The notes under the pieces were generated by a model, which had not been told where the DNA came from, ran no database searches, and saw nothing but the letters and a program-made list of their open reading frames with translations. 64,000 nucleotides of DNA from Clostridiales bacterium (lineage in GTDB: Bacteria > Bacillota > Clostridia > Christensenellales > Borkfalkiaceae): NCBI GenBank assembly GCA_023667345.1, contig JAMPAF010000006.1:6997-70996 (forward strand). The letters are read 5' to 3'. The translations under genes and the position numbers were made by a program. Below are positions 1 to 8,557 of the stretch, piece by piece (position 1 is the stretch's first letter; every line of letters begins with the position of its first letter).

Positions 1-918
1 CTTGTCCCAAATTAAAATCCACACGCAGCACGCGCACAGCACGACGAGCGACATAAGCATTGCCTGCCTCGACTGGCTTAAAAAGCACATACCCTCGTTT
101 ACTACCGCGCCGATAAGAAAGAAATAACCGCGCGTGTGCTTGCCCGCGAGATAGAACCAAGCGGGTATTGCCATTGTGAGCATCAGTCCCGCCTGATTGT
201 ACGTGCCCCAGCCAAAAGCCAAAAGGGCGCGCCAACTGTGCTCCGACGACTTACTTAAATTGGTAAGATAGCAGATGCCGAGCTCGAGCGAAACCGCCGC
301 CGCCACCGCTATGAAATAGTAAGCTATTCTTTTAAACGTGTTTTCGCCCGTCTCGATATTGCAGTAGCAGAAGATATAAAACGCTATGATAATTCCAGAG
401 AGCGCAAGCCCGTAAAGAAGGTTCATGGGGGTATAGTGCGTATAGAAAACCCCGCTTAAACAAAGGGCGCAAGACAGCGCGACGATGCCCCAGAAGAGGG
501 GCGTAATTTTGAATTTACCCCCTACTATGCCGCGGACAAGGCGGAAAATTACGGTGCCCAAAAAGAAAACGACACCTATAATTTCCTGCGCCAGAATCGG
601 CGGGCTTACAAGGTAGTTCGAGGTATGCTCCCCGAAACGCGGGCTGTGCTGGGGCGAGGGCAACAGACTGAAAAAGAGTATTAAACACAGCACGGGCGAG
701 ACGTCCTTGCAACACACCATGATAGCCGTGCCGCAAATGCACAGATACCATATGTTGACGATATCCCACCCGAGATAGTAGCACCCCACCGACACCGCCG
801 CCGTAACCAGCGGGAAAAAGTACGACGACAGCGCACGGCTTATAAACTTTGTTACTTTATGATTTTCTATGCGCCCGCCTATCTGTTTTAAGCGTTCGCC
901 GAATTGCCTGAATGTCAT
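1..918 (-). CDS. polytopic membrane protein, O-antigen-ligase (Wzy)-like; 3' end runs off the left edge
   Basis: Absent from the ORF track because it is truncated by the window edge. The minus strand from ATG 918-916 is open to position 1 (MTFRQFGERLKQIGG...GMCFLSQSRQAMLMSLVVLCACCVWILIWDK). It has many hydrophobic segments and an S-x-S-R-x-A-x-L stretch resembling the Wzy_C loop. Family call is from memory only. Confidence 0.45.
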   Translation of the reverse strand, partial: MTFRQFGERLKQIGGRIENHKVTKFISRALSSYFFPLVTAAVSVGCYYLGWDIVNIWYLCICGTAIMVCCKDVSPVLCLILFFSLLPSPQHSPRFGEHTSNYLVSPPILAQEIIGVVFFLGTVIFRLVRGIVGGKFKITPLFWGIVALSCALCLSGVFYTHYTPMNLLYGLALSGIIIAFYIFCYCNIETGENTFKRIAYYFIAVAAAVSLELGICYLTNLSKSSEHSWRALLAFGWGTYNQAGLMLTMAIPAWFYLAGKHTRGYFFLIGAVVNEGMCFLSQSRQAMLMSLVVLCACCVWILIWDK

Positions 919-1023
919 TTAATATCCTCTCGTATAAAGCTATCTTAGATTATACGCGCGTTAGCGCCTGTAAGTCAAGTGAATTGCAATCGGGCACAAA
1001 TTTATAAATTTTGCTCAAAACAC

Positions 1024-1053
1024 TTGTACAAACAATCGTTTTGGTGGTACAAT
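1024..1053 (+). promoter_or_regulatory. sigma-A-type promoter TTGTAC-18-TACAAT (TGG extended -10)
   Basis: Read directly. The transcript would traverse repeat block 1060-1329 before the helicase ATG. Confidence 0.45.
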
Positions 1054-1059
1054 GATAAT

Positions 1060-1329
1060 AATTAGGAATTCGGAATTAAGAATTCAGAATTAAGAATGAA
1101 GAAATGAGGTCGATTTAAATAAATTATTCCGCAATTAAGCCTTCCCCCTGCGTGGGGAAGGTGGCTTAACCGTTTAGGTTAAGACGGATGAGGGGTGAAT
1201 TTAAAAGAATTCCCCTCACCACCGCTACGCGGAGCCTCCCCACCGAGGGGAAGCCTAAATTAAGGTCAGATTATTTTAAATACACTTTCCTTAACACAAT
1301 TCTACATTCCACATTCTGAATTCTACATT
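1060..1329. repeat. composite element: H array / P-Q hybrid hairpin core / inverted H array
   Basis: Six heptamers AATTAGG AATTCGG AATTAAG AATTCAG AATTAAG AATGAAG (1060-1101). Hairpins CCTTCCCC-ctgcgt-GGGGAAGG (1140-1161), GGCTTAACC-gttta-GGTTAAGAC (1163-1185), GATGAGGGG...CCCCTCAC (1187-1219), CCGC-tac-GCGG, and CTCCCC-accga-GGGGAAG. Five inverted heptamers CACAATT CTACATT CCACATT CTGAATT CTACATT (1295-1329). Lies in the 5' UTR of the helicase gene. Confidence 0.85.
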
Positions 1330-1357
1330 AATAAAACGCGGAGCAAATAACAATAAA

Positions 1358-2569
1358 ATGTTGATATTAAACGCCGACCAGACTGCCGCAGACAGGAAAA
1401 TAAGCGACTGGTTTTTTAACGGTACCAAGCAGTTTTTCGTGCTGTCGGGATACGCGGGCACGGGCAAGACCGCACTACTTAAACACGTCGTAAAGGAAAC
1501 GCTGAAACTCGACGATACGTTCAGCGCGGCTTTCGTTACGCCCACGGGCAAGGCGGCTACCGTTTTAATTAAAAACGGCGTGGCGGCGTGCACCGTGCAC
1601 CGCCTTATCTACCAATCGCAGATAACCGAACAGGAAGTCGAGGTAAACGGCAAAAAAATCAAGGTGGAGCGGCTCATATTCCGCCGCCGCGAAAATATAG
1701 ACAAGGCGATTAAGCTCATAGTTTTAGACGAGGCGTCGATGGTTTCGGACGACGTTTTGGCCGACGTTGCGAACTTCGGCGTAAAGGTGCTTTTGTGCGG
1801 CGACAACGCGCAGTTGCCGCCCGTAGAGGGCTTTAACAGCTTTCTGAAAAACCCCGACTACACGCTTACGCAAATCGTGCGCCAACAGCAGGACAACCCC
1901 ATTATCCGCTTATCCGAGCTCGCGCGCGAGGGCAAGCCCATACCCTTCGGACATTACGGCGAGCAGGCGTTCGTCATATACGGCAGAAAATTTGCGGGTT
2001 TTCAGCGCGAGCGGCTCTTAAAAAGAAGCGACCAGATTATCTGCGGGCTGAATAAAACGAGGGCGAAGATAAACGAAAAAATGCGGCGCATACTCGGCTT
2101 CGAGGGGTTGCCGCAAAACGGCGACAAGCTCATATGCACGCTGAATAACTGGGAAACGTTTATCGACGGCGAGGCGAGGTTTAACCTTGTAAACGGCATA
2201 ATCGGCACCGCCGTCGAACCCTTTTACGATTACAGTCAGCATATGGGCTTCACGCAGTTTAAGCCCGACTTTTTGGACGCGAACTGCCCCGAGGCGCTGC
2301 CCTTCGACACGGGCATTTTCGAGGACGGGGAATACCGCTACAAGCACGGCGACACGTTCGCGAAATTCGACGGGGACGGCGAGCCGACGGGCGTGTTTAC
2401 GCTGAACCGCTTCGAATACGGCTATTGCATATCCTGCCACAAAGCGCAGGGCTCGGAATTCGATAACGTGATTATCTTCGACGAGAGCTTTGCCTTTAAA
2501 GAGGATAAGAACCGCTGGCTATACACGGCACTTACGCGGGCGAGAAAAAAGCTAATTTTAATACGGTAA
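1358..2569 (+). CDS. RecD/Pif1/Dda-like SF1B DNA helicase (small, 403 aa)
   Basis: Walker A GYAGTGKT, Walker B VLDEASMV, and C-terminal CHKAQGSEFDNVIIF...LYTALTRARKKL typical of RecD-type helicases. A hairpin plus T-run terminator follows. Confidence 0.85.
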   Translation: MLILNADQTAADRKISDWFFNGTKQFFVLSGYAGTGKTALLKHVVKETLKLDDTFSAAFVTPTGKAATVLIKNGVAACTVHRLIYQSQITEQEVEVNGKKIKVERLIFRRRENIDKAIKLIVLDEASMVSDDVLADVANFGVKVLLCGDNAQLPPVEGFNSFLKNPDYTLTQIVRQQQDNPIIRLSELAREGKPIPFGHYGEQAFVIYGRKFAGFQRERLLKRSDQIICGLNKTRAKINEKMRRILGFEGLPQNGDKLICTLNNWETFIDGEARFNLVNGIIGTAVEPFYDYSQHMGFTQFKPDFLDANCPEALPFDTGIFEDGEYRYKHGDTFAKFDGDGEPTGVFTLNRFEYGYCISCHKAQGSEFDNVIIFDESFAFKEDKNRWLYTALTRARKKLILIR

Positions 2570-2570
2570 A

Positions 2571-2596
2571 AGGCGGCAAAAATGCCGCCTTTTTTA
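2571..2596 (+). terminator. intrinsic terminator after the helicase gene
   Basis: AGGCGGCA-aaaa-TGCCGCCT followed by TTTTT. Confidence 0.8.
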
Positions 2597-2635
2597 CAAT
2601 TACCCCCGTAATATGCCGCGATTAACACGTTTTTT

Positions 2636-2846
2636 TAATTAATTACGTAGCAAGAAAACCACGTTTTTGCGCAGCGCGCCCCAATTTGCGCATACTTTTT
2701 ACCTTGTCATTCTGAACGAAGTGAAGAATCTAGCGGGCATAGCCCGCGCACGGTAGAAATATTTAGAATATGCGGCTTCGCCTAGATTCTTCGGCAAGCC
2801 TCAGAATGACAGTGAAGGACGCCCCAAGCGGAAGATTTTTGCGAGG
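2636..2846 (+). repeat. split L element (2636-2697 and 2821-2846) with a 105-nt T-type hairpin (2706-2810) between the halves
   Basis: 5' part GTAGCAAGAAAACCACGTTTTTGCGCAGCGCGCCCCAATTTGCGCATAC and 3' part GCCCCAAGCGGAAGATTTTTGCGAGGA match the L ends. The middle is GTCATTCTGAACGAAGTGAAGAATCTAG...CTAGATTCTTCGGCAAGCCTCAGAATGAC with apical GCGGGC-ata-GCCCGC. Confidence 0.8.
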
Positions 2847-2847
2847 A

Positions 2848-3579
2848 TTATTCGCTTTCGGCTTGTTTTAAAATTAATTGCGCCAAATCGAGAGCCTGCG
2901 TGCACGCAACCGTGTCCGCACCCATCGTGCAAAGGTTGGAAAACGAGGTCACTCCGTCGGCTTTTTCCGCCTTGATAAGGCACTTGCCCTTTACCGCCGA
3001 CTTGACGCTTGCCACAAGTTCGCCGTCCGCGCCGTTAAGCCTTAAACAGTTTATGCCCGCGTCCGCCGCCGTAACCGCCGCCTTTAAAAGCTCCTTTTCG
3101 CTTAAAATCGCGCAGTCGAGCACAATTCGCACGGCGCAATTTTTCGCCGCTTTTTTAATTTTTTTACATTCCTTTTTGAAATATGCGAGGTTGCCGTCGC
3201 GAAGGAACGCCGTCGGCGCGCACACCTCCACCTCGTCCACGCCGTCCTTGACCGCGCGCTTAACCGCCGCCGCCTTGACTTCGGTCGTCTCCTCGCCGAA
3301 AGGATAACTTACCGCCGCAATCAGCGAAACCTGCGGGTCGTTTCCCAGTGCGTTCACGCACGCCTTTACGTAGTTCGGAAAGACGACTATTGCGCCGAGC
3401 TGCAAAGTATTTGCCGATTTGCACGTCTCTTTGAGCGAGGTCCTGTCGGTATACGGCGAAAGACAGTCGCACTCTATCTTCAAGACGTTCGCCTTCGCCT
3501 CTTCCATCCTCTTTACGCGCTTGAATTCTTTAAACTGCTCTTCTTCGGTAAGCGCCGCGGTATTATTGACGTCTTGCAT
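2848..3579 (-). CDS. DeoC/class-I aldolase-like protein (divergent)
   Basis: 243-aa ORF with an AAAGGTGA SD. Pattern SYPFG...DEVEV...IKAEKADG resembles deoxyribose-phosphate aldolase family proteins, but the usual KASGG lysine motif is altered. Confidence 0.5.
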   Translation of the reverse strand: MQDVNNTAALTEEEQFKEFKRVKRMEEAKANVLKIECDCLSPYTDRTSLKETCKSANTLQLGAIVVFPNYVKACVNALGNDPQVSLIAAVSYPFGEETTEVKAAAVKRAVKDGVDEVEVCAPTAFLRDGNLAYFKKECKKIKKAAKNCAVRIVLDCAILSEKELLKAAVTAADAGINCLRLNGADGELVASVKSAVKGKCLIKAEKADGVTSFSNLCTMGADTVACTQALDLAQLILKQAESE

Positions 3580-3636
3580 AAAATCACCTTTAAATATAAA
3601 TTTTTACATTTTTTTACCCATAAACAGTTTTATCAT

Positions 3637-3864
3637 ATGGATATGTTAGGTCTGGTGTATATTATTCTTACATTTATCGTATGTTTTGCGTTGGTGCACG
3701 TTATTAAACTTGCCGTCGTCGGTTTTTTCAGTTTAAAAAAGAAACAGCCGTCCGAGCCCGAGAAGAAAGCCGAGAAAAAGCCCGAACCCGTGTACTACAT
3801 AGTGGAAAAAAAGCGGGCGAAAAAAACCTATTCCGAACCTAAAGAAATTCAGTTTAAAAAGTGA
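3637..3864 (+). CDS. small membrane protein with Lys/Glu/Pro-rich tail (hypothetical)
   Basis: One clear TM segment (LGLVYIILTFIVCFALVHVIKLAVVGFF) followed by a charged tail. No convincing SD; start chosen at an internal ATG. Confidence 0.3.
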   Translation: MDMLGLVYIILTFIVCFALVHVIKLAVVGFFSLKKKQPSEPEKKAEKKPEPVYYIVEKKRAKKTYSEPKEIQFKK

Positions 3865-3865
3865 T

Positions 3866-4140
3866 TGTGGGATTAGCGGTAGGTATTTCATTCTATCCCA
3901 CGCTTGCGCGGCAAGACGTATCGGAAAGCAGTACACTCACCTGTCATTCTGAGCGAAAAGCGGTACGAAAATCTAAGTTGGAATAATAAAGCTTTCCCGC
4001 TTGCAGTCGAAGAATCTTTTTGTGCGCTTTTCTCGCACAAAAAGATTTTCACCCTAATAAAAGGCTTATTGAGGTTAAAGAGTATTAGAAAAGATTTCTC
4101 GACTACGCTCGAAATGACGCCTATGGCGTGGCGAAAAGGC
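3866..4140 (+). repeat. T composite (GTCATTCTGAGCG...CGCTCGAAATGAC) plus extra hairpins
   Basis: 3943-4118 has inverted ends GTCATTCTGAGCG / CGCTCGAAATGAC and an internal 14-bp stem AATCTTTTTGTGCG/CGCACAAAAAGATT. Same family as 29751-29984 and 62355-62643. Confidence 0.8.
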
Positions 4141-4155
4141 AGTCAAATTTAATTC

Positions 4156-4515
4156 CTACTCCTCAAATTTGGTTAAATTCTTTCCGTCCTCCCAAAGCCT
4201 TTCCAAACGATAAAAATCGCGCTCTTCGTCGTTGAAAATATGCACGATTACGTCCTCGTAGTCCAAAACCGCCCACCTGCCCTCGCGCACGCCCTCGCGG
4301 CGGCGGGGTGACAAACCGCACTCCTTTTCGAGTTTTTCTTCCAGATTTTCCGCAAGCGACTTGACCTGCGTCGACGACCGCCCGCTGCAAATTACGAAAT
4401 AATCGCACAGCGAACTCTTACTCTCGACGTCGATATAGACTATGCCGTACGCCTTTTTGTCGCTCAAAATTTTGCATATCTGCAAAGTCTTTTGTTTGCT
4501 TTGATTTTCACTCAT
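4156..4515 (-). CDS. rsfS: ribosome silencing factor RsfS (iojap family)
   Basis: DYFVICSGRSSTQVKSLAENL...WAVLDYEDVIVHIFNDEERDFYRLERLW is the classic RsfS signature. Start moved to ATG 4515 because the 21 upstream codons of the track ORF lie in repeat L. Confidence 0.9.
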   Translation of the reverse strand: MSENQSKQKTLQICKILSDKKAYGIVYIDVESKSSLCDYFVICSGRSSTQVKSLAENLEEKLEKECGLSPRRREGVREGRWAVLDYEDVIVHIFNDEERDFYRLERLWEDGKNLTKFEE

Positions 4516-4519
4516 ATTT

Positions 4520-4716
4520 TTTATCCTTTTTAATATAATAGACGTAGCGGCCAAAAACCGCGCTTTTTGGTCGCGCAACCCAATTTGCGCAAACTTGCGC
4601 CTCCGTAGGGGAATTGCCGCATTTTCAAATAATCAAGGGCTCTTAAATAATGCGACAAGGGGGCAACGCCCCTAAAATTCATTGATTTGTTTTTCATCCT
4701 CCCGAAAAACAAATCA
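4520..4716 (+). repeat. L element copy between nadD-yqeK stop and rsfS start
   Basis: GTAGCGGCCAAAAACCGCGCTTTTTGGTCGCGCAACCCAATTTGCGCAAACTTGCGCC...GGGGCAACGCCCCTAAAATTC, then a perfect 16-bp hairpin 4680-4719 whose right arm covers the nadD-yqeK stop codon. Confidence 0.8.
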
Positions 4717-5841
4717 ATGAGAAGCCTTGATATAATTATATGCCCTCAGCGTTTCTTCGTCTACGGGCTCCCCCGTGCTCTTCAGATAGTCGATTTGGTG
4801 GGACAGAGCCGCAAAAAGGCACTCTTTTAAATCGCTTTTGAAAATTTTCCGCAAAGCGTCGACCCCTTCGAATTTTCTGCCATCTTCCAACATATCGCAA
4901 AGGTATAAAAGCGCGTCGGCATCCGACATATTTTCCTTGCCCGTGGTGTGGCAGGCAATCGCGCTTAAAATTGTTTTGTCGCAAACCCCGAAACGCTTTT
5001 CAGCGACGTACGCGCCCGTATACTGGTGCAGAACGGGCGGTGGCACTTCTTTCGGCGGCGTGAAGCCCTTTAAAAGGGGGCTGTCGGTCGGAAGATATTT
5101 GCCGCAGTCGTGCAGAGCCGCCATGGTCACCGCCTGACTTTCGGTTAAATTTGCCCGCGCCGCATTCTTCGCGCACATTACGGCGACCCGCACGGTATGC
5201 GCGCTCCGCTCGGGCGTGAGCAGTTTTTTATAGCCTTGCAGTTCGGGCAGATAATACAGGGCGTTGTCCCTAATGTATTGCCCTACCGCCGCGTTTACAT
5301 ACCTGTCGAAATCTTCTCCCAGCGCGGCGAGCGTGCGTATCTCGGTGGAACTCACCTTTTCGCCCACGTAGGGAATGGCTGCGACTTCGGTCGAAAACAA
5401 GCTCTCCACCCGCGCCTTGCTCTCCGCAAAGCCCGACTGATTTTCGCGTGCGCACGCAGCAAGCGAAAAGTGCTCCAAAATCTTTTCGGGACTTTTCCAT
5501 TGCGGAAAATTTTCGAGCATGTCCGCGCCGATTATGAACCACCGCTTTGCGTCCTTGTAAAGCCCGGCAAAATGTTCGCACGTCAAATAGGTGTACGAAA
5601 CGCCGCCGCGGGTGAGCTCGAAATTGCTTATTTCCGCCTGCGGCACGCTCGCAAAGGCAAGACGGCACATCTCGTAGCGTTGCCAGAAATCCGCCGCAAG
5701 CTTGCCCGATTTGTGCGGGCTGACCGCCGTGGGCATAATTATTATTTTGTCGAGCTCCAACTCCCTCACCGCCGCGCGCGCCAGATTTACGTGCTCGCGG
5801 TGCACGGGATTGAAAGCCCCTCCTAAAATTCCGATTTTCAT
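4714..5841 (-). CDS. nadD: nicotinate-nucleotide adenylyltransferase NadD fused to HD-domain YqeK
   Basis: N-terminal MKIGILGGAFNPVHREH nucleotidyltransferase motif. The C-terminal half has the HD signature (SAHTVRVA...AALHDCGK). Firmicute synteny nadD-yqeK-rsfS is kept, but as one ORF. Start at ATG 5841 preceded by GAGAGAGGA. Confidence 0.9.
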   Translation of the reverse strand: MKIGILGGAFNPVHREHVNLARAAVRELELDKIIIMPTAVSPHKSGKLAADFWQRYEMCRLAFASVPQAEISNFELTRGGVSYTYLTCEHFAGLYKDAKRWFIIGADMLENFPQWKSPEKILEHFSLAACARENQSGFAESKARVESLFSTEVAAIPYVGEKVSSTEIRTLAALGEDFDRYVNAAVGQYIRDNALYYLPELQGYKKLLTPERSAHTVRVAVMCAKNAARANLTESQAVTMAALHDCGKYLPTDSPLLKGFTPPKEVPPPVLHQYTGAYVAEKRFGVCDKTILSAIACHTTGKENMSDADALLYLCDMLEDGRKFEGVDALRKIFKSDLKECLFAALSHQIDYLKSTGEPVDEETLRAYNYIKASH

Positions 5842-6050
5842 AATATCCTCTCTCGTCGATTTCTTTTTCAAGACGATGAAAAAAGAAATCCGACGATTTT
5901 TGGAGGCTCTGCCTCCCTGCCCGCAATTGCCCGGTGCCCACGTAATTATATAATTGCGGGCATTCCCACCGCTCAGGCGCAGGTATGCGCAAATTGGGGC
6001 GCGCTGCGCAAAAACGCGGTTTTGCTTGCTACGTTTATTATTTTAAAAAT
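5842..6050 (-). repeat. L element copy immediately upstream of nadD-yqeK
   Basis: Shares both L ends with 8558-8757, but the middle is replaced by other hairpins (GGAGGC-tct-GCCTCC; GCCCGCAATT...AATTGCGGGC). Confidence 0.8.
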
Positions 6051-6068
6051 GCGGCAATAAACGAACTG

Positions 6069-6818
6069 ATGAAAAAGATAAATTTCGCTCTTATTTCCGA
6101 CGTTATATTTTTTGCCCTCTGCGCGTTTGTTTTATGCTTTACGGGCGTACGGTTTTATACGCGCAACGCGCTCACCGCGCTGATTGTAGCCGTGGGCACA
6201 GCCGCCGCGTGCGGGCTCATCGCCTTTTACGTGCTTTTAGCCAAGCGCAAAAAGCGGCTTATACTATCCCTTTCCGAAAGCGAGAAAAAGTCGCTCTCGC
6301 TGCACCTTTCGGTATGCGGCGAGGAATACCTTTTGAACCTCTTCGAAAACGCGTTGGACGGCACATATGTGCGGGGTAAACGCTTGCAGGACAACGAAAA
6401 CGTGTACTTTTTCAACTTTAAAATGTCACCCTTGTCTTCCGACGATATAGCGCAGATTATACGCGTGAACAACAAAAAACGCAAGCACATATATTGCTGC
6501 GAAATCTCGCCCGCCGCCCTCTCACTTTCGGAAGATTTTTCGATAGACGTCGTGACCGTAGCTGAAATTTACGCCCTTTTAAAGGACAAAAACCTTCTCC
6601 CCGAAAAGTACGCTTTGGGCAACGTTAAAAAACCGAACGTAATAAAGCGCATCAAAAAACGCTTTAACCGCAAGCTGTGCCCCGCCCTGTTTTTCAGCGG
6701 AATCACGCTCCTTTTTTTCTCGTTCTTCACCTTTTACCCGCTCTACTACGTAATCTTCGGCGGGCTTTTAACCGCCCTTTCCGCAGTCAGCGTACTTATC
6801 AGCCAGCCGAGCCGCTGA
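6069..6818 (+). CDS. hypothetical membrane protein (2 N-terminal and 2 C-terminal TM segments)
   Basis: ORF 5985-6818 trimmed to ATG 6069 (MKKINFALISDV...), because the first 28 codons are repeat L sequence. Hydrophobic segments at both ends. Confidence 0.6.
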   Translation: MKKINFALISDVIFFALCAFVLCFTGVRFYTRNALTALIVAVGTAAACGLIAFYVLLAKRKKRLILSLSESEKKSLSLHLSVCGEEYLLNLFENALDGTYVRGKRLQDNENVYFFNFKMSPLSSDDIAQIIRVNNKKRKHIYCCEISPAALSLSEDFSIDVVTVAEIYALLKDKNLLPEKYALGNVKKPNVIKRIKKRFNRKLCPALFFSGITLLFFSFFTFYPLYYVIFGGLLTALSAVSVLISQPSR

Positions 6819-6820
6819 CT

Positions 6821-7114
6821 TTAAAGCTCTATGTGCTTAAAGTCCTTTTTCGACGACTTGCGATAAATTACCGCCTTTCTGCCTATAACTATTACGCACT
6901 CGGCGTTAAGACGCGCGGCAAGCTCCCTGCCGATATTCTGCGGGTCGCCGTCCGCGTTTTCCAAAATATGCACCTTGATAAGCTCCCGCGCCTCTAAGCA
7001 GTCGGAAAAGCTTTTTAGCAAATTTTCGCCTATCCCGTCCTTGCCCACCTGACCTATCGGGTCGATATTAGCGGCAAGGGCTTTTAATTTACTTCTCTGT
7101 TTACTCGTCAACAT
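6821..7114 (-). CDS. yhbY: YhbY/YqeI CRM-domain RNA-binding protein
   Basis: LTSKQRSKLKALAANIDPIGQVGKDGIGENLL...ELIKVHIL matches the YhbY family pattern. Sits between obg and nadD, as in the Bacillus yqe cluster. Confidence 0.85.
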   Translation of the reverse strand: MLTSKQRSKLKALAANIDPIGQVGKDGIGENLLKSFSDCLEARELIKVHILENADGDPQNIGRELAARLNAECVIVIGRKAVIYRKSSKKDFKHIEL

Positions 7115-7273
7115 ATTTTTATCCTTATTTTATTCTGAAAAGTATTTCACTCCGCTTAGAAGCGAGCAAGACAAGAAGCGGAAGCACAGACCCGACGGGA
7201 GTTTACAATGACGTAAACGACCGAGGGCGCGCATTCCGCGACGCAGTATTGCGAAGCTTATAAACGGAGAAAG

Positions 7274-8557
7274 TTAATCTACAAACTCAAATTCAACGTC
7301 GCCCACAACAACCGTATCGCCTTGATTTATGCCCATTTTTTTGAGCTGGGTAATAACTCCCTTTTCGCGCAAGATTTTCTGAAAATACGCCATTGATTCC
7401 GCGTCGTTTAACGCAACGTTGCGGCAAAGCATGTCCACAAGGCTGCCAACCAAAACGTAAGCGTCGTTTTCGTCGACGTAAATTTCGTAGTCCAAATTGC
7501 CGCTTTTGCGGTAGGTGAAGTTCTCGTCCGCCTCGACGGGGGCAGCCGCGGGCAGAGTTTTCAACAGTTCGTTCACGGCGATTATAAGCTCTTCCGTGCC
7601 CTCGCCGTTCACCGCAGTTATGGGGAAAATTTTATATTTTTTGCCGAATTTTTTTCTGAATGCCTTTACGTTTTCCTCCGCGCCCGCGATATCGCACTTA
7701 TTTAAAGCGACAATCTGCGGCAGGGCGGCAAGCTTTTCGGAATACTCTTTAAGTTCGGCGTTTATCTTTATAAAGTCGTCTATCGGGTCTCGCTCTTCAA
7801 GACCGGAAATATCGACGACGTGCACGAGCATACGCGTGCGCTCTATATGGCGCAAAAAATCGTGCCCGAGCCCCGCGCCCTTAGCCGCGCCCTCGATAAG
7901 ACCGGGGATATCCGCCGCGACGAACGCGTCGTCGAACACCTTAACCACGCCCAAATTGGGCGAAAGGGTCGTGAAATGGTAATTGGCAATCTTGGGGTGC
8001 GCCGCCGAAATTTTGGAAAGCAGCGTCGACTTACCCACGTTGGGGAAGCCTATAAGACCCACGTCGGCGATAACTTTGAGCTCTAATACAATCTCGTGAA
8101 GCTCGGTCTTTTCGCCCTTTTGCGCAAAGTTGGGCGCGTGCCGCCGCGCGGTGGTAAACCGCACGTTGCCCTTTCCGCCTCTGCCGCCCTCGGCAACTAA
8201 CTTTTTATCGCCCGCGACGAACATATCGGCGATTACCGCGCCGCTTTCGGAATCTTTAATAACCGTGCCGACGGGCACGCGGATAACTACGTTTTCGCCC
8301 CCTTTGCCGAAGCACTGGTTGGTGCCGCCGCGCTCGCCGTTTCCCGCAACGTACTTGGTTTTATAACGGAAAGGTAGCAGCGTGTTTAAAGAGGCGTCCG
8401 CGAAAAAGTACACGTCGCCGCCCTTGCCGCCGTCGCCGCCGTCCGGTCCGCACGCAGGCTTACCCTTGTAAGCCTTGAACGAGTTCATACCGTCGCCGCC
8501 GTCGCCCGACTTTATAACTATCTTAACTTTGTCTATGAAAATACTGTTATCTGCCAT
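7274..8557 (-). CDS. obg: GTPase Obg/CgtA
   Basis: Glycine-rich Obg fold (FIDKVKIVIKSGDGGDG...GGDGGKGGDVYF), G1 GFPNVGKST, G3 DIPGLIEGA, and a C-terminal OCT-like domain. Start at ATG 8557 (MADNSIFIDKV). Confidence 0.95.
   Translation of the reverse strand: MADNSIFIDKVKIVIKSGDGGDGMNSFKAYKGKPACGPDGGDGGKGGDVYFFADASLNTLLPFRYKTKYVAGNGERGGTNQCFGKGGENVVIRVPVGTVIKDSESGAVIADMFVAGDKKLVAEGGRGGKGNVRFTTARRHAPNFAQKGEKTELHEIVLELKVIADVGLIGFPNVGKSTLLSKISAAHPKIANYHFTTLSPNLGVVKVFDDAFVAADIPGLIEGAAKGAGLGHDFLRHIERTRMLVHVVDISGLEERDPIDDFIKINAELKEYSEKLAALPQIVALNKCDIAGAEENVKAFRKKFGKKYKIFPITAVNGEGTEELIIAVNELLKTLPAAAPVEADENFTYRKSGNLDYEIYVDENDAYVLVGSLVDMLCRNVALNDAESMAYFQKILREKGVITQLKKMGINQGDTVVVGDVEFEFVD

Noticed and set aside
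3904-4152. Track ORFs lying wholly inside repeat blocks: 3904-4152, 8625-8912, 29796-30122, 36999-37196, 43784-44014, 44042-44239, 48273-48467, 49764-50045, 58633-58836.
   Set aside because: They are translations of T/P/H/Q repeat modules. They lack SDs, use non-ATG or arbitrary starts, and their 'conservation' is explained by the DNA repeats.
4516-4578. N-terminal extensions of track ORFs for rsfS, nadD, obg, smpB, rplI, the MBL hydrolase, trmB, queH, pcrA, the protease and the membrane protein at 5985.
   Set aside because: The extensions run into repeat or promoter sequence. Internal ATGs with SDs match the conserved N-termini of the families.
5197-5992. Long ORFs antisense to or overlapping real genes: for example 5197-5826, 5270-5992, 2018-2440, 21830-22435, 38139-38912, 48554-49165, 56817-57389, 59331-59801.
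   Set aside because: These are Arg/Ala/Gly-rich products typical of off-frame reading of GC-rich coding DNA. Each overlaps a gene with clear family motifs.
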